Below, one piece after another: positions 9,001 to 17,103 of a stretch of DNA of 32,000 nt. The DNA is from Vibrio alginolyticus NBRC 15630 = ATCC 17749. GTDB taxonomy: Bacteria > Pseudomonadota > Gammaproteobacteria > Enterobacterales > Vibrionaceae. Location: contig NC_022349.1 of assembly GCF_000354175.2 (NCBI RefSeq), positions 570,001-602,000 on the forward strand, in the 5' to 3' direction. The notes beneath the pieces are model-generated. The model did not search any database and was not told the origin of the DNA. It saw nothing but the letters and a program-made list of their open reading frames with translations. The position numbers were made by a program, and so were the translations under genes. Position 1 is the stretch's first letter, and each line of letters begins with the position of its first letter.

Positions 9001-10076
9001 ATTCATTAGAGAAAGAGTTGCGACGCATGACGGGCGTAGAGGTACTGCGTGAAGACTGGAACTTGGAACAAGTACCTGAGCACTTGAAAGTCACGTTCCG
9101 CGCGGTTGATCATCGAAATCGTAAACTGAAGGAACATAAAGACCTTCATGAACTGAAAGAAAGTTTGAAAGACAAAGTTCAAGAAACGCTTTCCAAAGTT
9201 GCGGATGACGATATCGAACAGCAAGGTCTGCATACGTGGAGTTTTGGCGAATTGCCGAAAGTGTATCAACAAAAACGTGGCGGCTACGATGTAAAAGCGT
9301 ATCCGGCGCTTGTTGATAGCAAAGACAGCGTTGAAATCAAACTCTACGAAACCGAATTTGAGCAGATCACCGCAATGCGCGCTGGCCAGCGTCGTTTGAT
9401 TTTGTTGAATGTACCGTCTCCAATTAAATATTTGCACGCTAACTTACCGAACAAATCGAAGTTGGGGTTGTATTTTAACCCTTACGGCAAGGTGCTTGAT
9501 CTGATAGATGACTGCATTGCCTGCGGTGTCGATAAGCTTATTGAAGAGCAGGGTGGTTTAGTTTGGGAGCCAGAGAAGTTCGAAGCGTTGAAAGAACACG
9601 TTCGTGCTGAATTGGGTGACACCGTTGTAGAGATCGCTCAACAGGTTGAGACTATTCTGACCACGGCGTTTAGCATCAATAAGAAGCTAAAAGGCAAGAT
9701 CGACTTCACAATGGCGTTTGCTCTGTCCGATATCAAAGCACAAATTGAAGGCTTGATCTTCAAAGGCTTTGCAACGGAATGTGGCTGGAAGCGCTTGCCG
9801 GATATTCTTCGCTACATGCGCGCGATAGAGCGCCGTATGGAGAAGTTGCCAATCGATCCAAACAAAGATCGTTTACATATGCTGAAGATTGAATCTGTGA
9901 CTCAAGACTATAAAGAGTTGCTGAACAAGATCCCGAAAGGTGTGGCCATTCCTGAAAATGTAAAAGAAGTGCGTTGGATGATTGAAGAACTTCGCGTGAG
10001 TTACTTTGCTCAACAATTAGGCACTCCTTATCCTGTTTCTGATAAACGAGTCAAAAACGCGATTGATGCTTGCTAA
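6069..10076 (+). CDS. hrpA: ATP-dependent RNA helicase HrpA (DEAH-box)
   Basis: Contains GETGSGKTTQLP (motif I), IIIDEAHERS (DEAH), SATI, TNVAETSLTVPGI and QRKGRCGR, followed by the long HA2/OB/HrpA C-terminal region. The start is set at ATG 6069, because the track start at 6006 is a TTG extension. The exact start remains uncertain. Confidence 0.95.
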   Translation: MKRIGNALTSSQPPKKNLAEEQATPSNGAQKATAKQAQTPQAQVNSAASLRKALNQCMMRDRFRLSKRISGASKIKKDAARNAVFDEIALDIAKSMMVAEQRSNYKPTIEYPEILPVSQKRDDIAKAIEENQVVIVAGETGSGKTTQLPKICAELGRGKFGLIGHTQPRRLAARSVANRIAEEMETKLGEFVGYKVRFNDQISENTQIKLMTDGILLAEIQHDRFLNQYDTIIIDEAHERSLNIDFILGYLKELLPRRPDLKVIITSATIDPERFSKHFNNAPIIEVSGRTYPVETRYRPLSGDDDNDRDQLEGIFEAVDELCDEGLGDILIFMNGEREIRDTADALSKRNLKSTEIVPLYARLSAGEQNKIFQPHTGRRIVLATNVAETSLTVPGIKYVIDPGTARISRYSYRTKVQRLPIEPVSQASANQRKGRCGRVEEGICIRLYSEEDFESRPEFTDPEILRTNLASVILQMTALGLGDIQAFPFVEAPDKRNIQDGVRLLEELGAINSEVKDPKKRLTSIGRQLARLPIDPRLARMVLEAPKYGALKEVMIIAAALSIQDPRERPSDKQQSSDDKHRRFFHEESDFLTFVNLWEYIQKQQKALSSNQFRKQCKQDYLNYLRVREWQDVYFQIHQSMREMEFKLNDEPASYHGVHSAILVGLLSHIGMKDQEKNEYQGARNARFHIFPASGLFKKQPKWIMSAELVETSKLWGRIIAKIQPEWIEPLAKHLIKRSYSEPHWSKKRAAVMAHEKVMLYGVPIVSKRLVNYGSIDSTVSREIFIRSALVEGEWETKHAFFKQNRKLLQEVEELEHKSRRRDILVDDDELFDFYDQRVGTEVVSGKHFDTWWKKASKENPELLNFEKEMLFKGDASHVTDLDYPNFWHQNGLKLKLSYQFEPGDDSDGVTVHLPLPILNQVEPAGFDWQIPGLRHELVVSLIKSLPKTIRKNFVPAPNYADAFLARVTPMEAPLLDSLEKELRRMTGVEVLREDWNLEQVPEHLKVTFRAVDHRNRKLKEHKDLHELKESLKDKVQETLSKVADDDIEQQGLHTWSFGELPKVYQQKRGGYDVKAYPALVDSKDSVEIKLYETEFEQITAMRAGQRRLILLNVPSPIKYLHANLPNKSKLGLYFNPYGKVLDLIDDCIACGVDKLIEEQGGLVWEPEKFEALKEHVRAELGDTVVEIAQQVETILTTAFSINKKLKGKIDFTMAFALSDIKAQIEGLIFKGFATECGWKRLPDILRYMRAIERRMEKLPIDPNKDRLHMLKIESVTQDYKELLNKIPKGVAIPENVKEVRWMIEELRVSYFAQQLGTPYPVSDKRVKNAIDAC

Positions 10077-10172
10077 TCAACCAGTAAAATAGTGTCAGAT
10101 TTGTAATTATCGCTTAAGAAGTTGCTGGTACACTAATTGCTAGTAACTCAATAAGCATTATTTTTTAGTTCC

Positions 10173-10202
10173 GGGAGGCAATAGTTCGCCTCCCTTTATT
10201 TG
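10173..10202 (+). terminator. Rho-independent terminator of hrpA
   Basis: GGGAGGC-aatagttc-GCCTCCC followed by TTTATTTG. Confidence 0.75.
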
Positions 10203-10255
10203 TAGTACCAACGACTGAGTTATGCAGACGTGGGAATAATAAAGAGTAAAGGTAG

Positions 10256-10738
10256 ATGATGAAAAAAACTCTATTAGCAGTGGCGCTACTTGGCGCATCT
10301 TCTGCGGCAATGGCGGATTCTTGGATTTACGGTGGTGCAACAGTAGGTCAGTCTGACTACAAAGGTGAAACGGACACATCATACTCTGTTCACGTTGGTA
10401 CAGGCATTCTACCTATCATTGGTGTTGAAGCTGGTGTAACACAACACGGTGAGTTCAACGTAAATGGTCAAGACACTAAGCTAACTTCTTACTACGCAGC
10501 ACTTAAGCCAAGCATCGACTTCGGTCCGCTACACGTGTACGCAAAAGGTGGTTTCCATCAGTGGGACAAAAAAGTGAAAGGCGGCAAAGACGATGACGAT
10601 TTGGACCTAATGTACGGTGTGGGTGCTGAGTACTTCATTTTTGGCCCAATGTCTGTTGGTGCTAGCTACATGAACTACACTGCTGGTAAAGACGATATCA
10701 GCACGTTCTCTGTTAACGCAACACTACATTTCCTATAA
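10256..10738 (+). CDS. Small outer-membrane beta-barrel protein (OmpA-like TM / OMP_b-brl type), paralog 1
   Basis: Signal peptide MMKKTLLAVALLGASSAAMA. The body is Gly/aromatic-rich with alternating strands and ends in the terminal ...LHFL. Confidence 0.75.
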   Translation: MMKKTLLAVALLGASSAAMADSWIYGGATVGQSDYKGETDTSYSVHVGTGILPIIGVEAGVTQHGEFNVNGQDTKLTSYYAALKPSIDFGPLHVYAKGGFHQWDKKVKGGKDDDDLDLMYGVGAEYFIFGPMSVGASYMNYTAGKDDISTFSVNATLHFL

Positions 10739-10767
10739 GCGTCAAGCTTTCTAACACCATATGAAAC

Positions 10768-10796
10768 ACACCGGCTTTATGTCGGTGTTTTTTTGT
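10768..10796 (+). terminator. Rho-independent terminator
   Basis: ACACCGGC-tttat-GTCGGTGT forms 8 bp including one G-U pair, followed by TTTTTTTG. Confidence 0.75.
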
Positions 10797-10937
10797 CTGG
10801 AAGTCACAAAACAAAAGTTGAACATAAATTATTCACTTTTAGAGTCTTAAAATGCCTATGCTTTCCAATATATAGTGGCGATTAAATGCGCATATTTGCG
10901 TAATGTTTCGCTTAGGAATCGATCAGGAAGGGATAGT

Positions 10938-11453
10938 ATGAAAAAAACACTCTCGTTATTCGCTCTAACGTTGTGCTCAACGTCAGCAATGGCTGACTCT
11001 TGGATTTACGCTGGTGGTCAAATTGGTCAGTCCGATATCGACAGCGAAAATGATACAACTTATGGTATTCATGTCGGTACTGGTATTTTGCCATTCATTG
11101 GCATTGAAGCAGGCTACTTTAACCACGGCAAAGTGGATTTATCTTTGAGTGGCAGCAGGGGTAGTGCTGATTTTGATTCATTCTATTTAGCGGCGAAACC
11201 TAGTATCGACTTCGGCCCGTTACACGTTTACGCAAAAGGCGGCATCAATGCATTCAACGTTGATTATGACGGCGGACTGAGAAACTTAGACAAAGATGAT
11301 GGCGTCTCTTACATGTATGGTGTTGGTGCCGAATACTTCTTGCTTGACAATGTGTCTGTGGGCGCGAGTTATCAAGCGTTTGGCGTGGATATTGAAGGCG
11401 ATAGCGATACCGTTAGCAGCGTAACAGGGAACATCACCTTCCATTTCTTATAA
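10938..11453 (+). CDS. Small outer-membrane beta-barrel protein, paralog 2 (tandem duplicate of 10256..10738)
   Basis: The start is moved to ATG 10938, after AGGAAGGGA, giving the signal peptide MKKTLSLFALTLCSTSAMA. It shares blocks with paralog 1: MADSWIY, HVGTGILP-IG-EAG, KPSIDFGPLHVYAKGG, MYGVGAEYF and SVGASY. Confidence 0.75.
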   Translation: MKKTLSLFALTLCSTSAMADSWIYAGGQIGQSDIDSENDTTYGIHVGTGILPFIGIEAGYFNHGKVDLSLSGSRGSADFDSFYLAAKPSIDFGPLHVYAKGGINAFNVDYDGGLRNLDKDDGVSYMYGVGAEYFLLDNVSVGASYQAFGVDIEGDSDTVSSVTGNITFHFL

Positions 11454-11474
11454 CGCTCGCTGGATGAAAGGTTT

Positions 11475-11514
11475 GCTGATTTGGTTTCGTCGTTAATTGT
11501 GAAACCAAATCAGC
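11475..11514 (+). terminator. Perfect 14-bp hairpin downstream of OMP paralog 2 (probable terminator, no clear U-tract)
   Basis: GCTGATTTGGTTTC-(12 nt)-GAAACCAAATCAGC. The downstream sequence gcgcaggtcttc lacks a T-run. Confidence 0.45.
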
Positions 11515-11675
11515 GCAGGTCTTCTCTATTTGCGCAGTGACTGGCTATGAACTTAAGTATTTCTTGTGTCTTTTCTAGTCTACAACCTACGACAAAATCA
11601 ATCGTTAGACCTCATAATTTTTGTGTTGATATTATTTCCCCTTCATCTGTCTTGAATTGAGCTTAAAATGCAATA

Positions 11676-11705
11676 AATCACGACTTTTTGCAAAAATATG
11701 TGATT
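11676..11705. promoter_or_regulatory. 30-bp near-palindromic candidate operator upstream of the BCCT transporter
   Basis: AATCAC-gac-TTTTTG|CAAAAA-tat-GTGATT. The arms are 12 bp each and match at 9 of 12 positions. The core TTTTTGCAAAAA is a perfect palindrome. It lies 111 bp upstream of the ATG at 11816. Confidence 0.4.
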
Positions 11706-11815
11706 GCTGCTAAAATTCGTCCCGCTTTAAAACTTTAGAGTTCAAATTAATGGAGGGCGGTATTGGAGTTCTTCTCACCTGAGGGGCGTTTCAAATTCAC
11801 GTTAAATTTGTATTT

Positions 11816-13396
11816 ATGGATAATGCATTTAAAAAATATAGTATTGATACAACCGATTATCAGGTTGGACAGGATAACGTTCAAAAGTGGGGATTCGATA
11901 TACATAACCCGGTTTTTGGCATTAGTGCGGGGCTCGTTGTTTTCTGCCTGATTTCACTTCTTCTTGTTGAGCCAACCACTGCTCGTGACGTATTAAACGG
12001 TCTAAAAAACGGAATTATCGAACAGTTTGATGCGTTCTTTATGTGGTCGACAAACTTCTTCTTATTGTTCGCCGTTGCTCTTCTTTTTTCTCCGCTAGGT
12101 AAAATCCGCTTAGGAGGCAAAGAAGCAACGCCGGATCACTCAACCGTTTCTTGGTTGTCGATGCTTTTCGCCGCGGGTATGGGTATTGGTCTTCTGTTCT
12201 GGAGTGTGGCTGAGCCGACCGCGTATTTCACTGATTGGTGGGGAATGCCACTTAACGCAGTACCATACACCGAAGAAGCAAAATCCCTCGCGATGGGTGC
12301 CACTATGTTCCACTGGGGTGTACATGGTTGGAGTATTTACGCACTCGTTGCACTAGCATTAGCGTTTTTTGCCTTTAACAAAGGTTTACCACTTTCATTG
12401 CGCGCGGCGTTCTATCCAATTTTTGGTGACCGTGCATGGGGTTGGTTAGGTCACGTTATTGATATCCTTGCCGTTTTGTCGACGCTATTTGGTCTTGCAA
12501 CGTCGCTAGGTCTAGGTGCTCAGCAGGCGACCAGTGGTATTAACCATGTCTTTGGTCTAGAAGGCGGCATTGGTACACAAATGATTGTGATCACCTTCGT
12601 TACCTTTATCGCGGTGCTATCAGTGATTCGTGGTATTGATGGTGGTGTTAAGCTACTGAGTAACGTCAATATGGTGGTTGCGTTTGCGCTGCTTATTTTC
12701 ATTACCTTCATCACGTTTGATACGGCGTGGAGCTCGCTACGCGACACAACAATGGCTTACATTGAAAATATTATTCCATTGAGTAACCCTCACGGTCGTG
12801 AAGATGAAACTTGGATGCACGGCTGGACGGTATTCTACTGGGCTTGGTGGGTATCTTGGTCACCGTTTGTTGGTATGTTTATCGCACGTGTGTCTAAAGG
12901 TCGTACGGTTCGAGAATTCTTATTCGCAGTCATCGTTATTCCTACAGTTGTTACTTTGATTTGGATGTCTGTGTTTGGTGGTATAGCGCTTGACCAAGTG
13001 GTGAATAAAGTTGGTGAGCTAGGTGCAAATGGCCTAACTGATATTTCATTGACTCTGTTCCATGTTTACGATGCGCTTCCGTATAGCTCAGTGATTTCAA
13101 TGCTTTCTATCGTGCTGATTCTGGTATTCTTTATTACATCGTCAGACTCTGGCTCGCTGGTTATCGATAGTATTACCGCCGGTGGTAAGATTGATGCACC
13201 AGTACCGCAACGCATTTTCTGGGCGTGTATTGAAGGCGCAATTGCAGCCGTAATGCTGTGGGTTGGTGGTAAAGAAGCCTTGCAAGCATTGCAATCAGGC
13301 GTTGTTGCAACAGGGTTACCGTTTACTTTTGTTCTGCTGTTGATGTGCGTAAGTTTGGTGAAAGGGTTAAGAACAGAACTGCCAGCTTACAAATAA
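11816..13396 (+). CDS. BCCT-family (betaine/carnitine/choline) compatible-solute transporter
   Basis: Twelve-TM profile with the BCCT signature block GWTVFYWAWWVSWSPFVGMFIARVSKGRTVREF. Confidence 0.93.
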   Translation: MDNAFKKYSIDTTDYQVGQDNVQKWGFDIHNPVFGISAGLVVFCLISLLLVEPTTARDVLNGLKNGIIEQFDAFFMWSTNFFLLFAVALLFSPLGKIRLGGKEATPDHSTVSWLSMLFAAGMGIGLLFWSVAEPTAYFTDWWGMPLNAVPYTEEAKSLAMGATMFHWGVHGWSIYALVALALAFFAFNKGLPLSLRAAFYPIFGDRAWGWLGHVIDILAVLSTLFGLATSLGLGAQQATSGINHVFGLEGGIGTQMIVITFVTFIAVLSVIRGIDGGVKLLSNVNMVVAFALLIFITFITFDTAWSSLRDTTMAYIENIIPLSNPHGREDETWMHGWTVFYWAWWVSWSPFVGMFIARVSKGRTVREFLFAVIVIPTVVTLIWMSVFGGIALDQVVNKVGELGANGLTDISLTLFHVYDALPYSSVISMLSIVLILVFFITSSDSGSLVIDSITAGGKIDAPVPQRIFWACIEGAIAAVMLWVGGKEALQALQSGVVATGLPFTFVLLLMCVSLVKGLRTELPAYK

Positions 13397-13422
13397 ATAC
13401 AACACGATCCATGATTGAGTTT

Positions 13423-13456
13423 AAATGCCGAGCCTAATGTGCTCGGCATTTTTTAT
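13423..13456 (+). terminator. Rho-independent terminator of the BCCT gene
   Basis: AAATGCCGAGC-ctaatgt-GCTCGGCATTT followed by a T-run (TTTTATTTC). Confidence 0.85.
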
Positions 13457-13522
13457 TTCTACTTTTCTTTTCCAATAATTTCGTTACAGTTTAGGCTTAT
13501 TCCCACCTCATTAAACTGTATT

Positions 13523-13912
13523 ATGTCACTGGCTAAACTCATTCTTATTCGTGGACTTCCGGGTTCAGGTAAAACAACCTTAGCAAAACAATTGGCAATA
13601 GATCTTGGTGCTAAGCATTTTGAAGCTGACATGTATTTTGAAAATGATGAAGGTGATTATCACTTTGAACCAGTTCAATTACCTCAAGCGCATGAGTGGT
13701 GTTTTCAGCAAACTAGAAAGTGGTTGAACAAAGGGAGAGTCGTGATTGTGAGCAATACGTTTGTTCGACATTGGGAGATGAAGCGTTACATGGACTACTG
13801 CATGAAGAAGCGCATCGAGGTGGAAATTAAAGTGTGCCACGGAGCGTATCAAAGCATTCATGATGTACCACCAGCGACGATAGAAAAGATGCGACGCCAG
13901 TGGCAAGAGTGA
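13523..13912 (+). CDS. Small P-loop NTPase / AAA-type kinase-like protein (129 aa)
   Basis: The start is moved to ATG 13523 (MSLAKLILIRGLPGSGKTTLAKQL contains the Walker A motif). The 36 upstream codons of the track ORF overlap the terminator and look non-coding. Confidence 0.7.
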   Translation: MSLAKLILIRGLPGSGKTTLAKQLAIDLGAKHFEADMYFENDEGDYHFEPVQLPQAHEWCFQQTRKWLNKGRVVIVSNTFVRHWEMKRYMDYCMKKRIEVEIKVCHGAYQSIHDVPPATIEKMRRQWQE

Positions 13913-13931
13913 CCGTTACCAGAACCAGGGG

Positions 13932-14570
13932 TTACTGACCTCGTCCGTCAATCATCACAACGAATGTTTTGCTCATGATTGAAAGGTCCATTGAAATCCA
14001 AGAGTAAAACGAACCTAAGCTTAGTGCGTAACTGTGGTCAAACCCAACTTTGCGTCTTACATCTTCAATGCAAGCATCATAGCCTTGGTTAACCTGAGCT
14101 AAGCCTGTGATACCTGGTAACACGCCATATGTGCGCTCTACAAAATAGGGGATTTCATCTTCCAATTTCTGGTAGAAAGCTGGGCGTTCTGGGCGCGGCC
14201 CAATCATCGACATTTCACCTCTCAACACATTAAAAAGTTGAGGTAGTTCATCTAAACGCGTTTTGCGTAAAAAGCGTCCTACTGGCGTGATGCGGGGATC
14301 ATTTTCAGTTGCCCATACTGCGCCAGAGCGTTGTTCTGCATCAATATACATGGTGCGAAACTTCATGATTTGAAAAAGATCCATTTTTTCTGGTGTACAG
14401 CGCCCAACACGCAGTTGACGATAGATCACTGGGCCTTTCGATGTGGTTTTGATCGCTAGCGCGATAAATGGGAAAAGTGGTGCAGTGACGACCAAAATAA
14501 GCATTGCAACCAGTACATCAAACGTTCTTTTCGCGTGGCATACATTTGAATCATAGCGTGAGTTTTTCAT
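13932..14570 (-). CDS. sypR: Undecaprenyl-phosphate sugar phosphotransferase (bacterial sugar transferase family), SypR-like initiating enzyme
   Basis: KRTFDVLVAMLILVVTAPLF...KGPVIYRQLRVGR...MKFRTM...DPRITPVGRFLRKTRLDELPQLFNVLRGEMSMIGPRPERP is the classic Bac_transf core. The start is set at ATG 14570, 8 nt after AAGGA. The track start at 14609 would overlap sypQ. Confidence 0.9.
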   Translation of the reverse strand: MKNSRYDSNVCHAKRTFDVLVAMLILVVTAPLFPFIALAIKTTSKGPVIYRQLRVGRCTPEKMDLFQIMKFRTMYIDAEQRSGAVWATENDPRITPVGRFLRKTRLDELPQLFNVLRGEMSMIGPRPERPAFYQKLEDEIPYFVERTYGVLPGITGLAQVNQGYDACIEDVRRKVGFDHSYALSLGSFYSWISMDLSIMSKTFVVMIDGRGQ

Positions 14571-14580
14571 GATGCTTTCC

Positions 14581-15771
14581 TTATCGGTTGACGCGTTTCC
14601 AACGTCCATTTTCCATTCCGAGTAAATACTTCATACCGCCGATAAAGTTGGCGAGATGACCAATGACGATGTAACTAATCAGCTTAAAAGGTTTAATTGT
14701 GTTAAGTGCTGGCATCAAGTAAGTGATAAGCGCGATGCTATAAATACCAACTTGTGCGGACAGCATTACTTGAAACAGCGGATTGTGTGCCAGTAGTAGT
14801 GAGCAAATAAAGCAAACAATCATCAAATAGGGTGTTGCTAAGCGCAGAACCTTTCCCGATAGAAATGCAAAGGCAGTGCCACGATAACGAGGTAGCAGTA
14901 ATTTCTTTAATTGCATGAGCTGCTGCATGTTACCCGCTGAAATTCTTAGGCGTCGTTTGAAATCTGCGTCGTCTGAGCTTTGTTCGAGCTCAAGAGCCAG
15001 CATGTTTGGCTCGTAAATAGCGCTATAGCCTCGCAAAACGATTCTCATGGGGAGAATAAAGTCGTCATTAATGGTGCTAACTTCCAGTGGTTCAAATAAG
15101 TGAGTTCTGAAAGTGTAAAACGCACCGTGGGAACCAATCGTTGAACCTAACAAGGATTCTTGGTGCTTTACTCGAGACTGGTATTGCCAATACGCCGCTT
15201 CACCTTGGTTATCAGTGCTCATTATTTGATATGTTGCGTTAACCACTCCAACGTTCTCATTTTGATAATGCTGACTAGCTAGCAACAGAGAATCGCAAGA
15301 AATCAATGCCGACGTGTCACTCAGTGCGGTAATGTCCGAGCTAACATGACGCATTTCTTCGTTGAGTAGGGCAACTTTACCGCGATTGATTTGGTGATCA
15401 TTAATAATGAACAGAGTATCAGAGCAGATTGCTTCTTGAATTGTCGCTTGAGCAATCTCGGCTGTGTTATCTGTGCAGCCATCACATGCGATCACTACTC
15501 TTAACTTATCCCTCGGGTAATCTAGGCTCGCAAGGTTACGGATCTTCTCTGCTATCCATTGTTCTTCATTGTAGGCGGGCACGATGACAGTAATAGAGGG
15601 TAGCTGGCTGTCTGTTTTGGAGGCTTTGTAAGCTCGCTCTACAAATGGTGCTTTGGTTTCGTCTTGCTGTTTTAAAGGAAGCCACTTAAGGAGCAGTGGA
15701 TACCCAACGTGATGATAGACAATCAAAAACGCGGATAAACCAAACCCTATAATCCAAAGTAAATCATTCAT
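14581..15771 (-). CDS. sypQ: Family-2 glycosyltransferase with C-terminal TM segments (SypQ-like, processive-synthase-like topology)
   Basis: ITVIVPAYNEEQWI...VIACDGCTDNT (GT-A fold, D-x-D region), followed by multiple C-terminal hydrophobic helices. It overlaps sypP by 8 nt. Confidence 0.85.
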   Translation of the reverse strand: MNDLLWIIGFGLSAFLIVYHHVGYPLLLKWLPLKQQDETKAPFVERAYKASKTDSQLPSITVIVPAYNEEQWIAEKIRNLASLDYPRDKLRVVIACDGCTDNTAEIAQATIQEAICSDTLFIINDHQINRGKVALLNEEMRHVSSDITALSDTSALISCDSLLLASQHYQNENVGVVNATYQIMSTDNQGEAAYWQYQSRVKHQESLLGSTIGSHGAFYTFRTHLFEPLEVSTINDDFILPMRIVLRGYSAIYEPNMLALELEQSSDDADFKRRLRISAGNMQQLMQLKKLLLPRYRGTAFAFLSGKVLRLATPYLMIVCFICSLLLAHNPLFQVMLSAQVGIYSIALITYLMPALNTIKPFKLISYIVIGHLANFIGGMKYLLGMENGRWKRVNR

Positions 15772-16888
15772 AGCTAGCCTCCTTGGCCAAACGTGAGTAG
15801 CGACTCACCATGTCTCTGATATCAAAGTGTTTGAGAATAAAAGTTCGAGGAGAATGGTGTGATGATTCCAGTTGCTGTGATAACGCTTCGGCCAACGAAA
15901 ACACGCGATTTGCTTCAACCAGTGTGCTGTTGTTCGGACAGAGCGTCTCTTTCACGCCGCCAACATCCGTCGCGACGCAAGGAATGTCACATGCTTGAGC
16001 CTCGAGGGTTGAGAGAGGAAAGCCCTCTTGAAGTGATGGTAAGCAAAACAAATCTAGGCTTTGGTAAAAGCTGGGCATATCGTCCACCAAACCTAAAAAG
16101 GTTACTCGATCTTCAAGTTTTAACGTTCTAACTTGTGCTTCCAATTGAGCTCGCTGAGAACCATCTCCAGCAATGGCTAGGTGTGTGTTTGGCGCAAGAT
16201 GAGAGAAGGCTTCGATAAGCACTTTATGGCCTTTAACTGCTTCTAGACGCCCGGCGACGCCAACCACGATTTTGTCGGTTGGAAGTTCAAACAAGTGTCT
16301 TGTTGCCGTTTGGTCACCGCTTTTAAACTTCTGACAGTCAATCCCGTTATGGATAGTACAAACTTTGCGATACTTTAACTTAGTCTGTATTTGATGGGCG
16401 ACAAAGTTAGCATCGGCAACTACTTGCGGGCGAATCATCGTTAGCAAAAGGGACTGTAGTCGAGCTGATTTTTTGTTATTAAGGTGCCATGCGTCGTGCT
16501 CGGTATGAATCACTACAGGTACGTGCGCTAAACGTGCAGCAATACCACCATACAGAAGTGGGCCGATATGATGGGTGTGGACCACGTCTGGTCGCATTCT
16601 TTTTATCATTGAAGTCAGCGTAGCGATGGTCTTCCCGCTGAATCCAGGTCTTTTATTAAGAAAGTGTAGTTGGCCTTGGTAGGGCAACAGTTTTTGCCAG
16701 CCTTGTAGTGCATGTTCTTTGCTTCCTTCTAAGCTCACGACAAAAACGGAATGGTTGGGCTGCGCAAAACGAAGCATTTCTAGTACGAGCGTTTCTAAAC
16801 CGCCAGGAGCTAAGTGTTGCACGACGTGTAATATCACTTTTTTGCTGTGCTTAGTGTTATTGTGTTTTTGTCTGAATTCCATTTTCAA
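15764..16888 (-). CDS. sypP: GT4-type (Glycos_transf_1) glycosyltransferase, SypP-like
   Basis: N-terminal ILHVVQHLAPGGLE and C-terminal LPSLQEGFPLSTLEAQACDIPCVATDVGG (E-x7-E motif). Confidence 0.85.
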   Translation of the reverse strand: MKMEFRQKHNNTKHSKKVILHVVQHLAPGGLETLVLEMLRFAQPNHSVFVVSLEGSKEHALQGWQKLLPYQGQLHFLNKRPGFSGKTIATLTSMIKRMRPDVVHTHHIGPLLYGGIAARLAHVPVVIHTEHDAWHLNNKKSARLQSLLLTMIRPQVVADANFVAHQIQTKLKYRKVCTIHNGIDCQKFKSGDQTATRHLFELPTDKIVVGVAGRLEAVKGHKVLIEAFSHLAPNTHLAIAGDGSQRAQLEAQVRTLKLEDRVTFLGLVDDMPSFYQSLDLFCLPSLQEGFPLSTLEAQACDIPCVATDVGGVKETLCPNNSTLVEANRVFSLAEALSQQLESSHHSPRTFILKHFDIRDMVSRYSRLAKEASYE

Positions 16889-16920
16889 ACCCTCGTTGAG
16901 TTCGTTGTTTATTTAGGAAT

Positions 16921-16936
16921 TGCAGACTGCGTGCCA
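16921..16936 (-). promoter_or_regulatory. sigma54 (-24/-12) promoter of sypPQR
   Basis: The minus strand reads TGGCACGcagtCTGCA against the consensus TGGCACG-N4-TTGCW. It lies 33 nt upstream of the sypP ATG. Confidence 0.7.
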
Positions 16937-16995
16937 AAAAATTAATCATTTAAAAACAATAAGTTAACATTGATGCTTGTGAGACTTTATGTTTA

Positions 16996-17010
16996 TTCTC
17001 AATTTGAGAT
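16996..17010. promoter_or_regulatory. SypG-enhancer-like palindrome (TTCTCA-att-TGAGAt)
   Basis: Inverted repeat 60 bp upstream of the -24 element at 16936. The same motif recurs at 19781, 25046 and 27739. Confidence 0.6.
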
Positions 17011-17051
17011 TCATATTAGTGGACATGCTATGAGGCTGTATAAGGCAGTAG

Positions 17052-17082
17052 TAAAAGAAAAGCACTCGCAGACCGAGTGCTT
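17052..17082 (-). terminator. Rho-independent terminator after sypO
   Basis: The minus strand reads AAGCACTCG-gtctg-CGAGTGCTT followed by TTCTTTTAC. It starts 22 nt after the sypO stop. Confidence 0.75.
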
Positions 17083-17103
17083 GTAAATGAGTTCTTATGG
17101 CGG

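Noticed and set aside
6022-9437. Six antisense ORFs of 72-182 aa inside hrpA (6022-6285, 6510-6782, 7523-7741, 7800-8138, 8262-8810, 9006-9437)
   Set aside because: All are nested opposite a strongly conserved helicase frame. They have no SD sequences or recognisable motifs, and their Leu/Arg/Phe-rich composition is typical of the reverse complement of real coding sequence.
11750-11782. 10-codon uORF (MEGGIGVLLT*) in the BCCT leader, and the 62-aa ORF 11763-11951
   Set aside because: There is no convincing SD. The 62-aa ORF overlaps the true BCCT start in another frame. With no attenuator-like structure, calling this a leader peptide would be speculation.
13913-13931. 19-bp gap between the convergent stops of the P-loop gene (+) and sypR (-), examined for a shared terminator
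   Set aside because: No stable inverted repeat or U-tract is visible. Convergent read-through is possible, but nothing here can be called positively.
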